NCBI GenBank assembly: GCA_023645945.1
Contig: JALAIB010000030.1
Location: forward strand, 1 to 45,580
Source of the DNA: Diploschistes diacapsis
Taxonomy: Eukaryota
Direction of reading: 5' to 3'
Length of the DNA: 45,580 nucleotides
Below, one piece after another: positions 35,814 through 45,580 of the stretch; position 1 is the stretch's first letter; the number at the start of each line of letters is the position of its first letter. Made by a program: the position numbers and the translations under genes. The notes beneath the pieces were generated by a model. That model did no database searches. It was not told the origin of the DNA and saw only the letters and a program-made list of their open reading frames with translations.

Positions 35814-38757
35814 TCATATCGCTCCTATCTTGATCTTAAGCTGATGTCGCCTATCAAGTGCTCCCTTACTCTGCAGCATCTGGGCCACGCTTCTGTGACC
35901 CCTCTTGGAAGCCGCATGAAGTGGGCTATCGAGGTCTGTTCTTCCGCCGTTCACATCAGCTCCTTTATCCAGCAACATCTTCACTATCCGCTCACTTCCC
36001 ATAACCGATCCAACAAGCAATGCACTTCCAAAGATGCCACGGTGGGCATTCACATTTGCACCCTTGCTCAGGAGCATATGCACTATGTCTGGGTGATCTT
36101 CCGCCGACGCCGCCTGAAGTGCACTACCCCACCCGTCGTTCTGAAAGTTGACGTCGGCTCCGCCGTCTAGCAACATCTGTGCTACCTTGAAATGGCCTCT
36201 GAATGATGCTGCCATCAGTGCATTACCGCACCTTCCGCCCTGAGCATCGACACCCGCTCCTCTTTCCAGAAGCATCTTCACCACCTCCTCGTGGCCTTCG
36301 AACGATGCCGCCTGAAGTGCAGTGTAATACGTCCCACCCCGGGCATCAATATTTGCTCCCGATTCCAGAAGGATCTGCACGATGTCTCCGTGGCCTTCGA
36401 ACGCGGCTGCTTGCAACGCGTAGCCATGTAACCCATCTGAAGCATTTGGGTCCGAACCCTCATTCAGGAGTTGCTCAACAATCCGTGGAAAGCCGAGAAG
36501 AGAAGCGTAATAGAGCGCGGGAACGAAGCTCTCGAGAGGCCTTCCGATCATGGTACGATTGTGGGTCAGATCAGGGTCGTAGAGTTGTACCCATGTCATT
36601 AAGTTGGATTGCGTGCTCATAATAGACCCTGCGGACAGCATCAGGTCCTCAGAGCGTGCTCTGGGTGCTTCTTTCAAGTGACGCCACCAATTCGCGGCCG
36701 AGTAGAGCGCAAGCGGTCGATCATCGAATATCGCTCTCGTCAATGGCGCTTGAGTGTTGCAGACGTCTAGAAGGTAGATGATACATAACCTTGCGAGAAA
36801 GAAGTGTGCAGAGTCAGCGGTGAATTGAGAGGCATAGGAATTGCGTCTCGAAAGCAAGTATTCCTGGACAGAGGAGTGCGCCAACTTCACTTCGACAAAC
36901 CGAGCAGGAGGGAAGCGAGTGCGATCTTCCACCTCATTCAAGGTGATCAGGCTCGAGCAGATGGTCGTGATATCTTTCGGGTCCGCCAATCTCTCGTCGG
37001 GCGAGAACTCGCCGCTAGATTCAAAATCGATAGCAAGAAATTCGATCAGCTCTGAAAGATGAAGCGGTCGAGTCGAGAAGCACAGACACTGCAAGACGGT
37101 CACAGCCCTTTGAAGCTGCTCCTCGTCCTCAATGCGGCTCAGAATTCTAGCGTAGGTTTCGTGCAGTGACTTCGGGAGAGACGAGAGCGTCCTTCTCACA
37201 TCGTTCGGGCTCAGGCATTTCTTAATCGAGCCCAGCTGACAGTACACCCATCGAAACCTTGTCCTACGCGTCAGCGGAGTCCAAAGCTGCGCTCAGTTAT
37301 GTGTAACGCACATTCCCTTGGCATTGTTCATTAAGCTTTCTCTTATCTCTTGCTGGAGTCTGTCCGGCCACTTCCTGAGCTTCCCGTCGTTCTTCAAGCG
37401 GTTCTTGACATACAGCCCAATGTCTTGTTCAACAGCGCCGCTGACTATGCCAATCTCGAAGGCTACTTCTGGCAGTAAGCCCTCAACAATTTCACGCTCC
37501 GGGCGGCTTGTGAACAGGATGTGCAAGTTATTCTTGTGTCTTCGCATCAGAACCAATATCAGGTTTATAAGATCGTCACAATCCGCACATTCATCCAAAG
37601 CGTCTATGATAATAAACACCGTGCCGGCAGCCTCGATGATGCCATGCAAGAGTGATTCCATTGCATTATCTTTGGGCTCCACTTGGCCGTTGTGGCAGGT
37701 TGAATGCAGATTCCGAAGCGAATTGTAGCAAAAAGAGTTCTGCGATGAGAATTGAAACAACAACGTCCTCACCAGTTTCTGAGAGAGCCTCTTATTTATA
37801 TCATTGAAATCGAAATAGAAATAGCCCACCAGTGAACTAGTTAGGCCTCGGCAATGTGCCTGAACGTCTTCCAAAGCAGTGGAACTGATATTCGTCAATG
37901 CTGCCGCGATCGTTATAATTACTGACCTCAGAATCGTTTTCCCGCAACCAGCTAGGCCCAAACTCCATGAGCAAGGAGCGGCAATTTGTAAGGAATGACT
38001 TACGTATCCCATGAAGCCAGATCGAAGCTCCTGCTCTGCTTTTCCACGCTTTGTATTGCTCGCCGTCGATCAGCCACAAGCCAGTACCGGCTTGCCGCTC
38101 CCCCAGCGCCGCATTGTAGTTTGACGAAGCATCCGGCGCTCCTATCCAGGAAGAGAGGTTCGCCAACTGCTCATCTGAACATGGTTATATAGCTGCTGCT
38201 GCCTAGCGCGTTTCCAGAGCGTACTTCCATGAGTAGTTAGGAGCTCCTCAACCTGTCGTCCAATCACCGAGACATCACTTTGCATCGCTTGAGATAAGGT
38301 GCTGCCAAATAAGCATTCTGTGTGTTTGCGTTCCGGGTTGTACGTACAAATGATCGTTCGCCAAGGCCGTATCGATTAACGACTTAAGGCGACCGATACG
38401 GTTCAAAGCCTCGTAAAGATCTTCTTTTGTGAATTTCCATTTCAGGACCTGCTTGATACGATTACCCTGCTGATCAGCTTTAATCTTCTCTATAATTCGT
38501 CCTAGGGTCTGTCCCAATTCATCGAGTGCTCCTCCCTTTACAGCAAGCAATCTGATCTGTTCGAACCAAGGATCATTGCTTGTTGCTTGCTGGACCCTGT
38601 ACCTGAGGTTCGTGAGGAGTGCATTGATCAAGCTCGCTTCTACATCAAGCTTCTTTTCTTCCTCCGAAGCATGCCTGGCATCTCTAACATAACCAGCGAT
38701 GGTAGATGTCATCTGCAAAACAGCAATGATGCTGGCTGTCATGCTGAGGGGGTCCAT
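35814..38757 (-). CDS. Fungal NLR-like STAND protein: HeLo-like N-terminal domain, NACHT, WHD, ankyrin repeats
   Basis: MDPLSMTASIIAVLQ...LKWKFTKEDL...I.RLKSLI..AL..DH; GTGLWL; Walker A WLHGI|PGCGKTIL|SS; YFYFDFND; Walker B VFIIIDALDEC; LFTSRPE; GM|FRWVYCQL; LPKSLHETYARIL; LAHSSVQEYL; about 7 ankyrin repeats (ALQAA.F.GH..IV..LL..GA.V.A.GG). Predicted introns 38302-38347, 38175-38224, 37952-38003, 37885-37926 and ~37258-37311 restore one continuous frame. Confidence 0.92.
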
Positions 38758-38911
38758 CTCGCACAATGCTTAGCTGATGCAATGGCTGGGCCATCGGAAA
38801 GTTGGAAGCCTTTGAATTGTGTCGGGAACAGCTCGTAAATCTGGGAGCCGGGTTAGAAGTTAATTGCATATGAAAGCTTGGGTCGAGGAAGGAGAAGATC
38901 AGAATGTATGA

Positions 38912-38933
38912 TTGATCATGCTAGCATGATCAA
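38912..38933. repeat. Perfect 22-bp palindrome upstream of the NLR gene
   Basis: ttgatcatgctagcatgatcaa equals its own reverse complement. Confidence 0.9.
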
Positions 38934-39419
38934 GCGAGCACTTTGCTGTGCATAGAGGGGTTGGCAGAGAAGCAGAATGCTAGGTAGCACTTGTAAGCCT
39001 TCCATGGCCTAGTCGAAGCAAGCGTCCGCGTAATGAAAGCTTGGGCTATAGGATTGGTTGATCTACTTGATCAATAGCCACACCGGCAAACAAAAGCCTT
39101 AGAGCCTGTAAGGTGTGATAACAATTGGCCAGCGAGACGTTGGTGCCGTGCTAGGGAAGTCTACCATTCCGGCGTCTTGTTGGCGTCGTTGTATGAGGGG
39201 CTTCATTTTCACATCATGCAGTAGGGGCGAAATCCCCTCTATGTGGGCACTATGTTAGCTTTGAAATCTGGTCAAGGTACTTATCTTGACCAAACCAGCA
39301 GAAACGTAAACGCCAAACCCTCAAGAAGATCATCGCAACAGGATAGGGGAAGGGCCTCGTTCGTATTGAGTTCTTAACTTCTTTTTGCCAAGTCAAATAT
39401 GAAGAGAAGAATACTCGAT

Positions 39420-41043
39420 GCTCATATTCTTGAATGATATATTGTCGGCCAGTTCGCCCATCATAGATTTCAGCAAACTTTCCCCAGGAACTTCTTAGGA
39501 GCTATCCGCTGGAGAAGCATCGAACGCATCTCTCCCAACTAGAATCTGTAACCGTTAGAGGCGAAGTATGCATGCTTCAAGTGGCATTTTGTGTGGTCGA
39601 ACCAAAAGCCCAACTCCAGTCAATAGTGGTGGACATTGCTACGCCTGACGTGCGCCTTACAATGCTCTATCGAGAAATCTCTATTGCGTTTCCCTTGAAG
39701 TTGGCTTTCGAACTTCGCTTCCAAACGTCATCCCCCATTTACCCTATGGTACCAAAGGAATGGGAAAGTCCACCCACTAATCAACAAAAGTAGTAGCAAA
39801 CGTCGATTTAGATCGAATCGTAGTTTGAATTTGGTAAGACTCTACTCTCCAACCGAGAGTTGAAGCGGAGTATCGTAGCGATTGTTTGTCACAGACACGA
39901 TCGTTCATCGACGAGATTTGACGATGGCATCGCTAATAAGGCTGCCTATGGATACCGGCTATTTATATATATGGATGCTAGAATAAGGCGTGAAGCGGCC
40001 ACAAAAGGGTTTTCGCTATTAGCAAAGCCAGTCGCGCCCATCATCTACCTTCCAAACATGAGCAGCTTCTACCATGCCCAGAGGAGGGTACAGGCGCTGA
40101 TTGAACCGCTCGGCCCTTCTCATAGTTAAGTTTACAAGTATGGACGTAAATTTGAGGCTGCTGTAGTGTCGCTCTGACGATTCTAAAGACCAGACTCTTT
40201 CATTTCATACCAACATTGACTTTGATACCTCTGCAACGGCAGGCTCAACGTTCCGTTAATACAGACTCGAGTGCCCAAGTTCCAGTAGAGGAGATCAAGC
40301 TGCTTCCAAGAAGAACGATCTATAGGATAGCAAGACGCCCAAGCGATGGAAGTTGTGACGAGTTCCATGCTCTTCTGGACCACCCCTCAAACTGCAACAG
40401 TCGGCGGTCTCTCGAAACGTGAGACTCTGCCCGTGCGTACAAGATGAAGATATTCGAGGAATGCCGCTGTCGGATGACACACGAGGGTAGTTGACGTGTG
40501 CTACCTGTTTTGCGTTTCAGATTTCTCTTCGCTAGGGCCGCATTCTGTCCGTCCTGCACGATGTCTTATGCCGCCCGAGCTGTGTGCAAGCCTTGCCTTG
40601 CCCTTCACGAAATGTCTTGCCGAAAATGGCACGAGGTCGACCGCCAGAGTCCACGAAAGATCACATGCAAGCAAGCATCTACACGATAAGCCCAGTTTCT
40701 CATCATTTTGGACCACCCAAGAAGCGCTCCACTCAGAGCGAAGCTGCGTTGCATACCTTATATGACCTTGGTGTCCTCCAAGTTGTCGTCCATTACGTTT
40801 TCGCCGTTTCTCACGTCTTGCAATCGTCTCAAGGCCATGGACAACGACTTAAGATCTTGGAATACTATGGCTGTGGAGAGCGGAGGAAGAAGTGATGACG
40901 ATGTGCGGAGCAGCTTCAAGCGCAGTTATTCCATTGGCTGGGATGGCCTCGGGTGCAGTCCCTTTTCGGACACGACAGACTCCCCGCCGAGACTACAGCA
41001 GGAAGGGGTGGTGTCTCTAAGAGTACGGTATGAAGACCTCTGA
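39420..41043 (+). pseudogene. Possible heavily decayed F-box/LRR-like gene
   Basis: Scattered + strand fragments: DFSKL(fs)PQELL, VAPIIYLPNMSSFY, SSAQVPVEEIKL, FLTSCNRLKAM, with many stops and frameshifts. Weak resemblance only. Confidence 0.25.
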
Positions 41044-41873
41044 ATGGATGTCGCTATTCCTGCCCTTAGTACGTAGCATATGTTTGTGTTATTCTTATTC
41101 TACGGATTTTTTATTCTTTGAGGGCCGTGTGAACAAGAGCCCGCCCCGAATGGTGGCGCCGGGGCGGGATAAAGTTATTCCCAAACCCGCCGTCTTCGGG
41201 TCGAATCGATGGTCGACACGATGGGAACCTGAAAAGTGTAGTGTAAAAGCCCAAGTTTTTGTCGCAGGTTTATGAAAGGCAATGCATTCCGTACCTCCCA
41301 GTTTCCGGGGTACGACTGTGTACGAGCAATGGTGCAACAGCAACAGGAAACCTTCGAGAACTCGCTGTGATGCTTGTGAACAAGCCTACTTACTTACTCA
41401 GGAAGCACGGCGAGGTGAAAGGGTTGGTAGCACTAGGTCAGGAAGCAAAACCCGTTCTGGATCGCAATCACAGTCCAATACAAAGTACGAGGTTAATGTA
41501 ACGGGCGGTTCATGCATGGAGGCAAAGAAGGTTATTGAAGGCACAGCCACGATGGAGGCAGGCCCGGAAGGGAAAGAGAGCATTGTTCTCGCCCTAAGGT
41601 GCAGAGACGAAACGGTTATGCATTGTTTGTGCGAGCAAGCTGGATGGAACAGCTGGAAAGGCTGGGGTGTTGAAGGAGCATATCCGAAGCTATCGGCCAT
41701 GGAATAGCAATGCAGCCGCGGGCGGTGCAGCAAGTAGTATGCTGTCGGGAGACTCTGTATGTTGGGGGCCAAGTATCGTTCGCATCGTCTAAAACAGGTG
41801 CAAGCTGCTGCTGTGCGACAACAAGTGGAAGGAAGTCAGTAGCAATAACAGGGTATGTGTAGGGTCAGAAATC

Positions 41874-41922
41874 AGCAATCAGCAATCAGCAATAAGCAAT
41901 AAGCAATAAGCAATTAGCAATG
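41874..41922. repeat. (AGCAATN)7 heptamer repeat
   Basis: agcaatc x2, agcaata x3, agcaatt, agcaatg. Confidence 0.9.
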
Positions 41923-41990
41923 AGCATCCTGCCATGATAATATAAGGTGATGAATTGATGAAGGTTTGAATCTAACATTTCGCCGTAAAC

Positions 41991-42140
41991 TTATTATTAG
42001 TACTATATTATTATTACTATTACTACTATGCTATTACTATTACTACTACTATTATTATTATTACCACTACTATTATTATTATTACTACTACTACTACTAT
42101 TCCTACTACTCCTACTATTCCTACTACCATTACTTACTAC
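41991..42140. repeat. Compound (TAT/TAC)n trinucleotide microsatellite
   Basis: About 150 bp of tat/tac/tcc triplets, read directly. Confidence 0.92.
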
Positions 42141-42209
42141 ATTTTCTTCTCTTTGTTCTCTTCACAGTCTATATTTGTGCCAGTGTAATAGGGAATAAAC
42201 AATCTCTTG

Positions 42210-42242
42210 GCTTTTCTTTTTCTTTTCTTTTCTTTTCTTTTC
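42210..42242. repeat. (CTTTT)n polypyrimidine repeat
   Basis: ctttttctttttcttttcttttcttttctttt. Confidence 0.85.
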
Positions 42243-42336
42243 CCGTGTGTAGCTTTTAGTGCTTCCACTTTTTCTTCTGGCCTTCTGGCCTTCTGACTCT
42301 TTTGGGTCTGGCTTTGCTGTGTGCCCTCACGCCCGT

Positions 42337-42415
42337 CCTACCTACCTACCTACCTACCTACCTACCTACCTGCCTGCCTACCTATCTACCTACCTACCTA
42401 TCTACCTACCTACCT
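42337..42415. repeat. (CCTA)n tetranucleotide microsatellite with CCTG/TCTA interruptions
   Basis: cctacctaccta...cctgcctgcctacctatctacctac... Confidence 0.92.
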
Positions 42416-42981
42416 ACAGACCCAAGACCTACTCCACTTTCTTCTCCAAAGAAGAATCCACCCACACCCACTTCTTGCCCCCGTATTACATTTCCTCCTA
42501 CCTATCCCACCTCCTACGTACTTTCATACTCACCACCTTCCAATCATCTTTGGCATGACTCCATTGACCTTTTCCTGATCTGAGCAGTACCGGTGCCAAA
42601 CCTCTACGACCTTCGTGCCTCCCGCTGTATTCGGGCGATCTGCATCATCTTACGGCAACATCGCATTTCCATGGCCGTCCTCCTCAACGGCTGCTTTTGA
42701 CGAATTCCATGAGTCGATAGACAGCAAAGCTTCGACTGTATTCCTACAGAGTCACTCTTTTACAATCCCAGGTATTTACAACTACGCTCGTTTTCCACAC
42801 TCGTTTCCAGCCATCTACGACCATCATATCGCCAAAACCCTTAGAAATATCTCCCTCTAATTGTCTGCGAAATACCTTTCAGAAATTGCTCCATTTCCAT
42901 TTGAAAAATAGCCTTCGACCAACACCGTATCGTGAAGCAAACAAAGAACGCTGCGAAAAGTCCGGTCGGCAGTTAGCCACA

Positions 42982-44382
42982 ATGGAGGGAGCGGCCATCG
43001 ACCTCCAATACGCGGCAAGGTCCCTCTTTCGAAGATGCCTACAATGTCCTCCTTCTACACCAGTCTGTTCGGCTTGCGGTCCAAACGAAACGTGTGAATT
43101 GGTCCCAAAAGACTGCAATACATGTCCCTTCACCAAGTGCGTGGCTACGAATGCCAACAGCAATTCGGGCTCTTCGTCGAGCACTGGCTCCCCGGTTGGT
43201 CCGATTGTTGGCGGCGTGGTCGGAGGGCTTGTCGTGGTAGCGCTGCTGGTGTTCTTAGTATATTGGTTCTGGATAAGGCCTCGAAAGGCAAAGCACCAAG
43301 CGGAGGAATGGCAGGACGAACAAGAGAGCGTCGAGAAGAACGGCGTCAACCAGTTCAACGTTGGCGACCCTCGTCGTGCGTCGACGCGCAGCGTGGCTTC
43401 AACAGTCTTGACGCGCGCTTCGAACATCATCCAGATTGCCTACATTCCTGGCGTCACAAACCGCTCGATGCACTCGTCCCCAGAGCTAATCCCGCCAGTC
43501 CCGCCGATCCCAGCAGCATCGGCTAAGAATTCGGCTCTAAACTCGAGCGAACCTGACCAGCATTTCTTCATGCCCGAAGATCTCCGACAGTCTTCGTATT
43601 CCAACCCAGGCCGAAGGACAAGCATGACGAGAGGCAGCGTCACGAGCACACAGTACACGAACGATGCCATCGTAAATCCCATACCGGCGCAGGCGATCAC
43701 TCGAATGAAACCGACCGCTGTGAGCGTCAAGTCCAGCAGCAAAACAACGCCGGATCTGTCCCGATCCGGTTCTCCACCCCCGATACCAACAAGTACGTAC
43801 GCCGCCAGCGCCGGTTCCTTGACACCCGCCTCTCGCCAACCCACCCTCAACACCAAGAGCTCCATCGTCGGCAAGTTTGCCCAGCCGAAAGCCATCACGG
43901 TCACCCGAAAGGGTTCCAACTCCCTCAAGCCTCGCAAGCAGGGCCTCTACGAGCTCGACGGCGTCTCTTCCCCCTCCGTCTCTCCCCTGAGCTCCCAGCA
44001 CAACTTCCCCGCGCAACCGAGCCCGCAGTACAGCCACCACTCCTCGACATTCCACGACACCGCCTCGAGCGACGGGGACGGCGACGAAAGCATGGACCAG
44101 GTGCACGAGCTATCGGCCGGCCAAGGTCTGATGGCCCGTGACCACCGACGCTCGCACAACAGCGTCCACGAAGCACCAACGTCTCCCCTGTCGATATCGT
44201 CGTACGCGAGATCCCCGGAGCTGGGTGGACCCTCGAGCAGCATGCACAAACGGAACTCGAGCCTGAACAAGGTCATCGAAGAGGCTACGAGGAGGGCGGC
44301 GCAGACGCACATGCGAACCTTCACGGATGCCGAGCCGGAGAAGAGTCCGTTTTCGGACGAGAATGCCGCCACGACGCCGTAG
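42982..44382 (+). CDS. opy2: Membrane anchor Opy2 (HOG/filamentation MAPK pathway sensor, Ste50 adaptor)
   Basis: Cys-rich Opy2 domain CLQCP..PVCSACG.NETCEL...DCNTCP.TKCV, one TM helix IVGGVVGGLVVVALLVFLVYWFWI, conserved RASNIIQIAYIPGVT motif, C-terminal SPFSDEN. First ATG at 42982; upstream exons are not excluded. Confidence 0.92.
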   Translation: MEGAAIDLQYAARSLFRRCLQCPPSTPVCSACGPNETCELVPKDCNTCPFTKCVATNANSNSGSSSSTGSPVGPIVGGVVGGLVVVALLVFLVYWFWIRPRKAKHQAEEWQDEQESVEKNGVNQFNVGDPRRASTRSVASTVLTRASNIIQIAYIPGVTNRSMHSSPELIPPVPPIPAASAKNSALNSSEPDQHFFMPEDLRQSSYSNPGRRTSMTRGSVTSTQYTNDAIVNPIPAQAITRMKPTAVSVKSSSKTTPDLSRSGSPPPIPTSTYAASAGSLTPASRQPTLNTKSSIVGKFAQPKAITVTRKGSNSLKPRKQGLYELDGVSSPSVSPLSSQHNFPAQPSPQYSHHSSTFHDTASSDGDGDESMDQVHELSAGQGLMARDHRRSHNSVHEAPTSPLSISSYARSPELGGPSSSMHKRNSSLNKVIEEATRRAAQTHMRTFTDAEPEKSPFSDENAATTP

Positions 44383-45184
44383 ACGTCTGGCTGATAGACT
44401 GTAGGAAGGTATGAGGAGGTTTGCTTCGCTGCGAATATTGCAGCCCTCTCGAGGGGCTCTAGGGTACTCGCTGGCCATTCACGGCGGTCTCATGGGAGGT
44501 TTGGATGGTTTGTCTGTTTGGGGAAAAGCAATTCCGTGGTGTTTTGTCCTGGAGTTACAGCGGGAATGGACGGGAATGGGCATCTTCAGCGGCTAGAAAG
44601 GGGTAAGAATCCCAGTTCTATTTCAACAGCACGGGGACCCGTATTGGATCTTCGGCATGTATTTCTTCGGCAACTACTCCTATTTTTTCTATGCCTTTAC
44701 GCTTCGATTCTGTGGATGTCTATTTATATCATATCAACTAAGAAAACCAAACTTGGCAAGGTGGGCGGAAGAGGAAAAGAGGGTGGATAGAAACTATTGT
44801 ACCTAGTCTGCCTGCACTACTTCGTCAGCCACGTTTCAGGAATACCATGATCAGGCTTGTCTTATTCTGCCTGCTGTAAAATTGTGTAACATATTTAGTG
44901 GCGCCCTAGTGATGCATTCTACCTAGTTCGCTGTGGCTCTGCTAGATACTTAGATCTTTATATAATTTACATACAAATGCATGTCACTTACAGAAATTAC
45001 GCAGAACTATATAAAATTAAATATAAAATAAATAAAATTTAATCATTATCATGACCATAGAGATTATATTGCAATAAGAAATAAATACTAAAGCATCAAA
45101 AGATGCTTAAAGTGCTCCAAAAGCAGCTTAAAAGCGTGCTCTTAAACCTCCCATAGCCTTCTTTATGCCGTGTTTCTCCTCCCA

Positions 45185-45580
45185 TTATGTTCCCCTCCGC
45201 TCCTCCATCTCCGCGTCCGGTCGTAGTGGTAAATGGCCATGGAGCTCACCCGCAGCGCAGAGCCAAAACGCGTTAAAATCCGCCACGGTCATCCGAAAGA
45301 TATCCGCGACGGCAAAGAAACGCGCCCTCCACGCCGGGAGGTCCGCAGGGAAGCTGTAAAGCCTTCCCGCAACAGGCAGCGGCGGCAAGGGTGTCCGGGC
45401 CCGCGCAGGCTCGGCGAGAGCGGCGAGGGCAGGCGAGCTAGGGGGCGGCGAGGCAGCAGGCGTCGGGGCGGGCGAGGGGGCAACACCACGAGCCAGAGCG
45501 GCGGAGATGGCGTCGTAAAGCATGAGGTCTTCAAGACCCAGCTCATCGTTGTCGGCGACCACATCGAACGTGGCCGCGGC
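45185..45580 (-). other. 3' part of a GC-rich ORF entering from the right edge (possibly TE-derived or a decayed gene), next to an AT-rich tract
   Basis: Frame is open from the window edge: ...YSFPADLPAWRARFFAVADIFRMTVADFNAFW...; ends at TAA 45185-7, followed by an AT/TpA-rich stretch ~44950-45160. Confidence 0.35.

Noticed and set aside
41966..42583. Poly-Tyr and (LPTY)n ORFs
   Set aside because: Translations of (TAY)n and (CCTA)n microsatellites, with non-ATG starts.

Overview
Gene-dense nuclear window of a filamentous ascomycete (Pezizomycotina-type genes, short spliceosomal introns). Left to right: rpn12 (cut by the window edge), a DUF1917 protein, a HAD hydrolase with an apparent 1-nt frameshift, kinetochore nsl1/mis14, a large disordered orphan protein, ubc12, a TMEM234 homolog, a WKF/DUF2373 protein, spc98/GCP3, a decayed gene with two RNase H1-type hybrid-binding domains but no RNase H domain, a tail-anchored FHA protein, the cell-wall-integrity MAPK slt2/mpkA, a 5-hydroxyisourate hydrolase, an MFS pseudogene, a class III chitin synthase, an intact HeLo-like/NACHT/ankyrin NLR, a possible F-box relic, a microsatellite cluster, opy2, and an AT-rich/GC-rich junction at the right edge. 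The most notable unexplained signal is a ~350-nt intergenic segment (11878-12231) with many nested helices, a possible pseudoknot and + strand G-U wobbles, i.e. a candidate structured ncRNA. All calls come from manual reading, translation and recalled family motifs; no database searches were run and exon boundaries are predictions.
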